From Chlamydiota bacterium (GTDB taxonomy: Bacteria > Chlamydiota > Chlamydiia > Chlamydiales > FEN-1388), in contig JABDDE010000004.1 in the NCBI GenBank assembly GCA_013287775.1, forward strand, positions 2,232 to 66,231: a stretch of DNA of 64,000 nucleotides, given 5' to 3'. The notes beneath the pieces are model-generated. The model was not told the DNA's origin, ran no database searches, and saw nothing but the letters and a program-made list of their open reading frames with translations. Of this stretch, positions 44,557 to 52,563 are shown one piece after another; the first letter of the stretch is position 1, and every line of letters begins with the position of its first letter. Position numbers and translations under genes: made by a program.

Positions 44557-45978
44557 TCACCCACTCAATATGGATGGAGATGGAGACTGGACCTTAAGGT
44601 ACTGCCTCGCCTCAGTTTTTGATATCGCAGTATGCGCCGCCTTAATATTGCAACCGTACGGCAACTGCTGTAAAGAAAAGTAAGCATTGTTAGTAATATT
44701 CTGATTATGACCAATATTTAAAGTACGGAGTCGCGTAAGATTGGGGAGGAACCGTAGCCCTTCGTCCGTAATAGCTGTATAGCTCAGATCCAGCTCCCTC
44801 AGATTTAAAAGACGCCCTATTGGAGCAAGACCTGCATTAGAAATAGCCGTCCCAGATAGCTTGAGCGAGATAAGGTTTGGCAATCGTATAAGAAGCTGCT
44901 GCATACCAAAATTCGTAATAGAGGTGTTATTTAAATTGAGGTGTGTAAGGCTTGTAGGAAGCTCTTCAAGGTCACTATCATCAATTGCAATAGAGGAGAG
45001 GTCGAGATTGACAATGGTGCTAAGTCTCTGTAGTGGCCGTATATCCGAGTTCGCAAGCTGCGTACAGCCTGAGAGATTGAGTTGTTGCAAGCGCATAAGT
45101 TGCCCACATTCGCTAAATACCACCTTCTTCAGTGCTGTGCACCCATTGAGGTAGAGTACCTCGATGCTTTGGCATCGCGCCACCAGAGATGCCAAAGAGG
45201 TAATCTTCGTACAGCGCGAAAAATTCAAAGACGTAAGGGGCAACTCGGATAGAATAGACAGTGTGTTATTTTGCACCCGGCAGTCCGTGCAATTGAGCTC
45301 TGTAAGACGTGGAAATCGAGCTCTAATAGTCTCCCAGGTCATTTTATACTCTGCTGGTTTTCTACAACAAAAGAGCCACCTAAAGCACCAACAACCGTTT
45401 GCTGCATTCGTATTTCGCAGCTGGATACCCGTAAGATCGAGCGCAGTAACATACGATGCCGTTTGTATAAATGCTGCCTCGCCATACGGCGAAGGATAGC
45501 AATTTTTTCGAAAAATAGTGCGGATCATAAAGGCAGCATCGGCGCTCCTTGAAAAGAGGACCTCCATCATTTTGTTATACATGGCACGGCATACAGAACG
45601 CATCGTCCCACATTCTGGATCCGGAAAAAAACAATCACTTTCATCGCCCACACAATAGGATAAAATTTTTATCATTAATAAGTTTGATAATTTATCAAAG
45701 AGCCGTAGACCTGATACAGGGGGCTGTGTGGGTACCACATCAATGGTGAGCTCTGGTGCTTTGGCCGTACGTATGCTCGATTGAGGACTTGGTGCAGCAT
45801 CATTGACACCTGGAAGCGACAGCGATGTATACTGCTGCTTGCTTGTTTTTGGGGACAGTGTCGAAAGAGACAGACTACCTCTGCTTGATTGCATTGTTTC
45901 TTCAGATATCACTAATGTTGACAGAGATGGTGGCTGCCAAGATGGTGATTGTAAATACACAGAAGACATACAACGCAT
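44557..45978 (-). CDS. F-box-like / leucine-rich-repeat putative effector
   Basis: F-box-like LFDKLSNLLMIKILSYC....MRSVCRAMYNKM. It is followed by more than 8 LRRs (LTELNCTDC.., LTSLNFSRCTKITSL.., LQQLNLSGCTQL.., LTHLNLNNTSI.., LRELDLSYTAITDEGL). Confidence 0.75.
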   Translation of the reverse strand: MRCMSSVYLQSPSWQPPSLSTLVISEETMQSSRGSLSLSTLSPKTSKQQYTSLSLPGVNDAAPSPQSSIRTAKAPELTIDVVPTQPPVSGLRLFDKLSNLLMIKILSYCVGDESDCFFPDPECGTMRSVCRAMYNKMMEVLFSRSADAAFMIRTIFRKNCYPSPYGEAAFIQTASYVTALDLTGIQLRNTNAANGCWCFRWLFCCRKPAEYKMTWETIRARFPRLTELNCTDCRVQNNTLSILSELPLTSLNFSRCTKITSLASLVARCQSIEVLYLNGCTALKKVVFSECGQLMRLQQLNLSGCTQLANSDIRPLQRLSTIVNLDLSSIAIDDSDLEELPTSLTHLNLNNTSITNFGMQQLLIRLPNLISLKLSGTAISNAGLAPIGRLLNLRELDLSYTAITDEGLRFLPNLTRLRTLNIGHNQNITNNAYFSLQQLPYGCNIKAAHTAISKTEARQYLKVQSPSPSILSG

Positions 45979-46046
45979 CCCCCCATTTACTCATATCAAT
46001 CCTTACCTCCGACGATTCGAAGAATCGTCGGAGGTAAGGATTGATA

Positions 46047-47510
46047 TTACGTCCGTTTATAGAGGATCGCTTTGTTAGACTTATGTGGATCTACAATAGC
46101 AGGAGGCAAAATAATACCTAAGGACTCACTGATAAAGGCATAAAAGAGTGGGTCGGTTCCGCCAAGAATGTGGTTTTTGGTTACGGATACGCCGCCACCA
46201 AAAAAGGCACTTGAGTGCCCATGAGGATCATAGAGCACTTCTTGACGCTTCCATCCCTTCTTCCCAGCCGCATACACAATAACTCCGCCCTGACAGGCGC
46301 CCTTAGGACCTTGTCTCCATGCGTCAGCAATAGCCGCTGTATCGCCATCCAAAGAGACGTGTAAAAGCCCAGTAAGGTTGGTATTATGGCTATCAGAAAA
46401 GGCCTTGTGCACTCGCTTCAGGGATTTTTTACCCTTACTATCCTTTAGAATTTCATAAAAGTAGAAGGCACCAGCAAAATGATGACGACGAGTGCGGTTT
46501 TCAAATGGAGCGCTAATGAGAGCCCATTTTTCATTCACTGCAATCGCTGCACCAAAGGCATCTCCAACGTCTGTAGGGTCGCCGCGTAAGCTGGATACAA
46601 CATCTTGTGTTTTTGCTATGAGAGGTACTATGGTCGTGGATTTTTTCTGATCACCATGTACTCGCTGTCTAAAGCGCCATTTTTTGCCTTCTCGCTGGAA
46701 AAGATACACCGAAGTCGGTGTGGCTTTTGGAAATGGGAAAATAGGGCTTGCACCAATGAGAGCTACATCGTCTTTGATAGCCACATTGGTTCCAAAGGTA
46801 TCGTTTTTGCGCACCTTTATTGGGTTTGAAATCTTTTGTATAAACTGCCACTGTCCTGTTTTCTTATTGAGATCAAATGCATAGACGACACCAGCATTTC
46901 GTTTCCCCTTCTTTTTTTGTCCTTGAGCAGAGACGAGAAGATGGCCATTTTTTGCATCTAGGCTCAGCGTAAAGCCGAAATTAGCCCCTTCTTCATAGGC
47001 ATTTGATGGCGGGAAAAAAGTAAAATTCGAATTAGCGCGTGTAAGTCCTTGAAGCCCTGGGCTATTTCTGTCGAGCACTTGCCATTTGTCCCACAATCCT
47101 GTTTCATGGTTCAATCGATAGAGTACTACCGACCCTTTAAGATCAAACCCATCAACACCTAGTGTGACAACACTCGAAATGGCTAACCAGTCCCCGTCAG
47201 AATCAACCTGAAAGAGGCCAAGCAGATTATCAAACTGAGTGGTAATAATCTGTTGCTGTTTCCATTTGTGTCCATCCTGTTTATAGACATATACTGCTCC
47301 TGCTTCTGACGCAAATGTTAATGGAGCTGCAACAAAGATATAGCTACCATTTTTTTTCACTGCGGACCCAAAATCAGGACCTATACTACCGACCCCGGTA
47401 AAAATTTCTGGCTTGAGCACTGTCTCAAGCTTAAACTCTTTTGCCGTTATTTGCCCTGTTACTCCCGCGACAAGCGCGGATAGGCAAAGTATTTTTTTGA
47501 AAATTTGCAT
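46047..47510 (-). CDS. Secreted FG-GAP/integrin-alpha-like beta-propeller repeat protein, tandem paralog 1
   Basis: The start is re-set to the ATG at 47510 (MQIFKKILCLSALVAGVTG signal peptide). There are repeated FG..(V/I)A(V/I)....(A/L)L(I/V)(G/S)AP units (FGSAVKKNGSYIFVAAP, FGTNVAIKDDVALIGASP, FGAAIAVNEKWALISAP). Confidence 0.6.
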   Translation of the reverse strand: MQIFKKILCLSALVAGVTGQITAKEFKLETVLKPEIFTGVGSIGPDFGSAVKKNGSYIFVAAPLTFASEAGAVYVYKQDGHKWKQQQIITTQFDNLLGLFQVDSDGDWLAISSVVTLGVDGFDLKGSVVLYRLNHETGLWDKWQVLDRNSPGLQGLTRANSNFTFFPPSNAYEEGANFGFTLSLDAKNGHLLVSAQGQKKKGKRNAGVVYAFDLNKKTGQWQFIQKISNPIKVRKNDTFGTNVAIKDDVALIGASPIFPFPKATPTSVYLFQREGKKWRFRQRVHGDQKKSTTIVPLIAKTQDVVSSLRGDPTDVGDAFGAAIAVNEKWALISAPFENRTRRHHFAGAFYFYEILKDSKGKKSLKRVHKAFSDSHNTNLTGLLHVSLDGDTAAIADAWRQGPKGACQGGVIVYAAGKKGWKRQEVLYDPHGHSSAFFGGGVSVTKNHILGGTDPLFYAFISESLGIILPPAIVDPHKSNKAILYKRT

Positions 47511-47574
47511 ATACCCTCCATATTGGTATGTTTGCACCATATGCAAACTACTTAGTTTAAATCTACTGAAAAAA

Positions 47575-49026
47575 CTATCGTTTGTAGAGAATCGCTTTGT
47601 TAGACTGCTGTGGATTCGTAATAGGAGAAGGCAGTGTAATATGTAAAATGTCACTGACAATAGTGTACACAAGCGGATCAGTACCACCCACAATATGTTT
47701 CTTGGTCACAGATACGCCGCCACCAAAAAAGGCACTTGGGTATCCATGAGGATCATAGAGTACCTCTTTATGCTTCCATCCCTTTTTCGTAAACTCATAC
47801 ACGATGACTCCACCTTGACACGCCCCTTTAGGACCTTTTCTCCATGCATCGGCAATGGCTGCAGTATTACCATGCAAAGAGACATGAGAAAGACCAGTCA
47901 GGTTGGTGTTATGGCTATCAGAAAATGCCTTATGAACTCGTTTCAGCATCTTTTTACCCGAACTATCTTTTACAATTTCAAAAAAGTAAAAGGCGCCAGC
48001 AAAAGGATGGACAGCAATGCGGTTTTCAAAAGGTGCACTAATGAGTGCCCATTTTTCATTCACAGCAATTCCTGAACCAAAGCCATCGCCAACTTGTTTA
48101 GGATCTACAGACTCTAAACTGGAGATGATGTCTCTGCCTCGAGATAGTAGCGTGGTCGTTTTTTTCTGATCACCATGTACTCTCTGTCTATATCGCCATT
48201 TATCGCCCTCTCGTTGAAAAAGATAGACGGATGTCGATGTTGGTTTTATGAATGTGAAAATAGGGCTTGCACCCATCAAAGCCACATCACCTTTAATGGC
48301 AATATTGGTTCCAAAGGTATCATTTTCACGTACCTTTTTAGGATTGTGAATTTTCTGTATGAGCTCCCATTGCTGCGTTTTCTTATTGAAATCAAAGGCA
48401 TACACAACACCGGCATTTCTCTTACCTTGTTTTTTTTGTCCATGGGCAGCAACCAGAAGATGCCCATGTTTTGCATCCAAGCTAAAGGTCGAGCCGAAAT
48501 TGGCACCTACTTCAAAGGCATTAGATGAAGGAACGAGACCTCCTGTACCTACAGGAGTAAGGCGTTGCAGCCCAGGCGAGTTTCTATCGAGCACTTGCCA
48601 TTTGTCCCAAAGCCCTGTTTGATGATTTAATCGATATATAACTACCGACCCCTTCATATCAAAATCATTAACACCAGGTGTCACTACACTCGATATCATT
48701 AACCAGTCCCCATCAGAATCAACCTGTGCAAGTCCTAAAAGGTTAAGGAAATGTGTCGTGATAATCTGCTGCTGTTTCCACTTGTGTCCATCCTGTTTAT
48801 AGACATATACTGCTCCTGCCACTGATGACAAGGATGTTGGGGCAGTGACAAAAATATAGCTGCCGTTTTTTTTCACTGCGGACCCAAAATCAGGACCTAT
48901 ACTACCCACTCCGGTAAAAATTTCTGGCCTAAGCACTGTCTCAAGCTTAAACTCTTTTGCTGTTATTTGCCCTGCTACTGCCGCGGCGAGTGCGGAAACA
49001 CAAAGTATTTTTTTGAAAATTTGCAT
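47575..49026 (-). CDS. Secreted FG-GAP/integrin-alpha-like beta-propeller repeat protein, tandem paralog 2
   Basis: It is collinear with 46047-47510 over its full length. It has the same signal peptide (MQIFKKILCVSALAAAVAG) and the same repeat units. Confidence 0.6.
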   Translation of the reverse strand: MQIFKKILCVSALAAAVAGQITAKEFKLETVLRPEIFTGVGSIGPDFGSAVKKNGSYIFVTAPTSLSSVAGAVYVYKQDGHKWKQQQIITTHFLNLLGLAQVDSDGDWLMISSVVTPGVNDFDMKGSVVIYRLNHQTGLWDKWQVLDRNSPGLQRLTPVGTGGLVPSSNAFEVGANFGSTFSLDAKHGHLLVAAHGQKKQGKRNAGVVYAFDFNKKTQQWELIQKIHNPKKVRENDTFGTNIAIKGDVALMGASPIFTFIKPTSTSVYLFQREGDKWRYRQRVHGDQKKTTTLLSRGRDIISSLESVDPKQVGDGFGSGIAVNEKWALISAPFENRIAVHPFAGAFYFFEIVKDSSGKKMLKRVHKAFSDSHNTNLTGLSHVSLHGNTAAIADAWRKGPKGACQGGVIVYEFTKKGWKHKEVLYDPHGYPSAFFGGGVSVTKKHIVGGTDPLVYTIVSDILHITLPSPITNPQQSNKAILYKR

Positions 49027-50000
49027 ATACCCTCCTTGGTATGGTTACACCATATGAAGGCTGCAATTTTAAATCCACTGAAAACGTACAATGTAGCAAG
49101 AACCATTACCACAAGTGCACCCGTGGAGAGAGGCAGTGAAAAGACGGAGAGCATATGCCTGGAGGTGGCAACGGCAATAATAGAGGCAAGAGAGCCAATG
49201 CAAGTAGACAGGAAGAGCAGCCGCATAAAATGCTTTGTCCACAGCCTTGCAATGAGAGGGGGGCCTACAAAAAAGGCCAAGACGAGAAGCACACCCACTG
49301 CGCGAAAGGCAGCAACCGATACGATGGCAGTAAGCCCCATAATAAGGTAGGCAAAGAGTGACCCAGAGAGCCCCATGGTATGTGCAAAGGTCGCATCAAA
49401 GGTGGTCACAAAAAGGGGCCTCACAAAAAGAAAAATAACGACTAGTATGACAGCTGTCACCTTACACTGTAAAAGAAGATCATCTTGGTGCAGGGCATCA
49501 ACACTGCCCATAACCAGCTCTGCACCAAGGTGTGCATTATGGCTGCAGAGCGTTACTAACATGACACCCACAGCAAAGAGCACGGTAAATACAATACCAC
49601 ACGCAGCATCCTCACTGATGGCTATGGTGCGAACCAGAAACTGTGTGCCAAAGGCAGTAATAAAGGCCATAAGACAAGCAGCCCCAATAAGAAGCGACTC
49701 GCGTGCTAAAAGATAGGACATATCAAAGTGTCCCCCCTCTGCAATAAAGCCTCGAGCCACAAGATACGTGACTACAACTGCTGTAAGCGTCGTGTGCGAC
49801 AGGGCATTTGCAAGCATCGTCATCTTTCGAAAACAGAGAAAGGTGCCTACAAGAGAGGCTGAGATTGCCATCAAGATAAGCGTCAGCATCTGGAGCTCAT
49901 CGGAGGCAAGCTGTAAGGGCTTTCCAGTAAAAAAATCCCAGAGGCGACCAGCAAGAGTGAGGAAGAATTCAAAAAAATTGTTATTAAAGTAAGGGTTCAT
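48975..50000 (-). CDS. ytgD: Metal ABC transporter permease (ABC-3/TroD/YtgD-like)
   Basis: Polytopic ABC-3 family pattern. ATGA overlap with the upstream permease gene. The 3' end overlaps the FG-GAP gene start by 52 nt. Confidence 0.8.
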   Translation of the reverse strand: MNPYFNNNFFEFFLTLAGRLWDFFTGKPLQLASDELQMLTLILMAISASLVGTFLCFRKMTMLANALSHTTLTAVVVTYLVARGFIAEGGHFDMSYLLARESLLIGAACLMAFITAFGTQFLVRTIAISEDAACGIVFTVLFAVGVMLVTLCSHNAHLGAELVMGSVDALHQDDLLLQCKVTAVILVVIFLFVRPLFVTTFDATFAHTMGLSGSLFAYLIMGLTAIVSVAAFRAVGVLLVLAFFVGPPLIARLWTKHFMRLLFLSTCIGSLASIIAVATSRHMLSVFSLPLSTGALVVMVLATLYVFSGFKIAAFIWCNHTKEGICKFSKKYFVFPHSPRQ

Positions 50001-50887
50001 GCTTTTCGTGCCATTATAAATTTACGCGCGACCGCACACACAAAAAAGAGAAATGCAACGAGAACAATAATAGGCCCTGTTGGCAGAGACACTGAACTAC
50101 TTGTCATACTACTTGCCTCATGTGCTATCACGACACCTAAGAAGCCTGAGATGGCTCCAAGAATGGATGCAGAGACAAGTATCGTCGTCAGCGTATTACT
50201 AAATTGCCTACATGAAATACTGGGGATGATGAGCATTGCTGACATAAGGACGACACCGACTGCACGAATACCCACAACAACGGCTACTACGATCATAAAA
50301 AAGAGGAGCGCATCCAATTTTTTTCGAGCAAGCCCCAGCATATGCCCAAATGTCGGATCGAAGAGATGGAGACGAATCATGCGGAAAAAGATCACCACCA
50401 GAAGAGTCATCACCACAGCAATGGTTGTCAGTATGTGCACATGCACACTTGTCATCGTTGCTGCCTGGCCAAATAAATACGCCTGCAGGCCATTGTAGAG
50501 CATGGGATACTCCTCTTGCGTTGCTGACAAAAGCGTCATTGCAGCTCCAAAAAACACAACAAGAGTCCATGAGAGGGCATTATCAGGGGCAAGATGAAGT
50601 CGTCTTTCTAGCACTCGAATACTATACAGCCCAAGAAAGGACGTCGCTGCTGCGCCAACAAGCGAGAGGATAGCCGTTGATAGAGCTCCATCATCTATTT
50701 GAAAAAAGCAACGCTCGATAATCAGGGCAAGGATTACTCCTGGATAGGAAGTATGTGAGAGCGTCTCCCCTATCAGGGATTTTCCCTGGAGTACCATAAA
50801 ACTGCCCACCAATGCCGCGATGAATGAGATCAGCATGCACCCGATAGTTGGTGCCTGCAAAACACTGTCAGTGAAATAGGACATCAT
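49997..50887 (-). CDS. ytgC: Metal ABC transporter permease (ABC-3/TroC/YtgC-like), no fused repressor domain
   Basis: The start is re-set to the ATG at 50887 (the track start is TTG). It is polytopic, and its length is too short to carry a DtxR-like C-terminal domain. Confidence 0.8.
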   Translation of the reverse strand: MMSYFTDSVLQAPTIGCMLISFIAALVGSFMVLQGKSLIGETLSHTSYPGVILALIIERCFFQIDDGALSTAILSLVGAAATSFLGLYSIRVLERRLHLAPDNALSWTLVVFFGAAMTLLSATQEEYPMLYNGLQAYLFGQAATMTSVHVHILTTIAVVMTLLVVIFFRMIRLHLFDPTFGHMLGLARKKLDALLFFMIVVAVVVGIRAVGVVLMSAMLIIPSISCRQFSNTLTTILVSASILGAISGFLGVVIAHEASSMTSSSVSLPTGPIIVLVAFLFFVCAVARKFIMARKA

Positions 50888-50945
50888 GTACGAATAATAT
50901 ACCACAACTTTGGCCAAATTACCACTATGCGTCTGGCCTATTTTC

Positions 50946-50984
50946 GTTATGTGTCATTTTCCGATAGGAAAATTGACACATAAC
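50946..50984. repeat. H-family hairpin repeat
   Basis: GTTATGTGTCATTTTCC-GATA-GGAAAATTGACACATAAC. Confidence 0.85.
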
Positions 50985-50988
50985 ATGA

Positions 50989-52320
50989 TTATTTCAAGTA
51001 TTGCATCGCCTCTTTTTGCGTTGTATCTGCAAGTGTTGCCACTGCATATAATGGCTTCGAGAAAATAGCATCCGCATGTAAATAATTATTTGACCAAAAC
51101 CGAATGCCGTTGGGAGATTTTGGGTGTTCCTGGAGAAATTGATGTAAACTTCGTAGCGTAGAACCATGACCACTTTTGACCTCTATAGGACATACAATGC
51201 TTTGCTGTTCATATAAATAATCGACCTCTGCAAGCGCACCCTTTGCATCTCTTTTCCAAAAATACAGATCGTGCTTCCATTTCGGCGATGCGTATGCAAG
51301 AAGTTCTTGTCCTACAAATGCCTCTGCAATGGTTCCACGATTTACAAGATCCATATCACGATCTAAAAACCATGTTGCAAGATTAAGGCCTAAAATGGCC
51401 TGCGAGATACCAACATCTACAAAAATCATCTTAAAATGCTCTAGATTCACCGTAGCTCCAAGTGGTATCCCATGACCAGCAGAGTGTACAATTTGATGCA
51501 CCACGTTAGCATGCCTGAGCAGCTCTAAACAAGGCGCTAGTTCGCGCTTCTTATATTCACCGTGAATGGAAGAATATTTAAATTGCTCTCCTATGAAATG
51601 AGGAATTTGGTTAAAAAGCGTCTCAACATATTTAATTTCGTACTTATTTGCATATTTTGGAAAATCCTGTCGATACGTTTCGATAAGCTGCTTTTGCGCA
51701 TCACGAACACGCGCAGGATCCTGGGTTTGCGTCCATTCCAAAACTATCTCAGGCATTCCACCAATGGCAAAGTATTGTTTAAGAAGATCTAAAAGCTCGC
51801 TATGGTTTACTTCTGACAGTGATTGCTCCTGAAGAATAGCATCTATAAAGAGTGGCTGCCCTATTGCACTCAAAAACTCTACAAAAGAAAGTGGGTATAC
51901 ATAGAGTACATTCACACGACCAACTGGCATCCCCACTTTTTCGATAGCAAAATCAAGCAGCGAACCCGCACCAATAACATGGAGCTCCGGCATGAGTTCA
52001 TAAAAATAGCGTAGCGCAAGAATGCCTTTTGGTGCTGCCTGAATCTCATCAAAAAAGAGGAGTGTTTTTCCAGGTACAATTGTCTTCTTCGTAAGGAGCT
52101 CTAATTCCCACACAATTCGCCGAGGATCTAGATCTTTATCAAAAATAGTTCGGGCTTCGGGCACAAGTTCTAGATTCACCTCTACAAATGTATCAAAAAG
52201 CTTGCCAAATTCGCGTACTGCATAGGTTTTGCCTACTTGCCTTGCCCCACGTAACATGAGTGGTTTTCTTCGCAAGTCCTCTTTCCAAACTTGTAAATGC
52301 CAGTTAATTAATCGTTTCAT
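50989..52320 (-). CDS. AAA+ ATPase (AAA_14 + DUF4143-type architecture)
   Basis: The start is re-set to the ATG at 52320 (MKRLINWHL). Walker A LRGARQVGKTY and Walker B LLFFDEIQ. The track's N-terminal extension only translates tandem repeat DNA. Confidence 0.75.
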   Translation of the reverse strand: MKRLINWHLQVWKEDLRRKPLMLRGARQVGKTYAVREFGKLFDTFVEVNLELVPEARTIFDKDLDPRRIVWELELLTKKTIVPGKTLLFFDEIQAAPKGILALRYFYELMPELHVIGAGSLLDFAIEKVGMPVGRVNVLYVYPLSFVEFLSAIGQPLFIDAILQEQSLSEVNHSELLDLLKQYFAIGGMPEIVLEWTQTQDPARVRDAQKQLIETYRQDFPKYANKYEIKYVETLFNQIPHFIGEQFKYSSIHGEYKKRELAPCLELLRHANVVHQIVHSAGHGIPLGATVNLEHFKMIFVDVGISQAILGLNLATWFLDRDMDLVNRGTIAEAFVGQELLAYASPKWKHDLYFWKRDAKGALAEVDYLYEQQSIVCPIEVKSGHGSTLRSLHQFLQEHPKSPNGIRFWSNNYLHADAIFSKPLYAVATLADTTQKEAMQYLK

Positions 52321-52360
52321 GATTTCACCTAATGCCGTTTTCCTAGGAATATACCAGACG

Positions 52361-52475
52361 ATGGTCAAAAAATAAACCAAAATTCCAAAACTATGGTCGA
52401 AAAATAAACCAAAATTTCGCAAAAATGGTCGAAAAATAAACCAAAAATCCAAAAAAATGGTCAAAAATCGGGGTA
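52361..52475. repeat. Three and a half tandem 32-bp direct repeats upstream of the AAA+ ATPase gene
   Basis: ATGGTC(A/G)AAAAATAAACCAAAA(T/A)T.C..AAAA units start at 52361, 52393, 52425 and 52457. Confidence 0.85.
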
Positions 52476-52518
52476 CTCTACATGGCGACCATGATTTCCA
52501 TCGCTACTAAAGAAATTC

Positions 52519-52557
52519 CATCATGTGCCATTTTCGGCAGGAAAATGGCACATGATG
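52519..52557. repeat. H-family hairpin repeat
   Basis: CATCATGTGCCATTTTC-GGCA-GGAAAATGGCACATGATG. Confidence 0.85.
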
Positions 52558-52563
52558 TCATAA

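Noticed and set aside
46047-47693. The long N-terminal extensions given in the ORF track for 46047-47693, 50989-52464, 40946-42037, 3421-4146, 29655-31604, 42650-43555, 49997-50917 and 25724-26020.
   Set aside because: The track's first 'M' is a TTG/GTG codon or lies in repeat/hairpin DNA in these cases. Downstream ATGs give proper signal peptides or conserved N-termini, and the paralog 47575-49026 confirms the shorter start.
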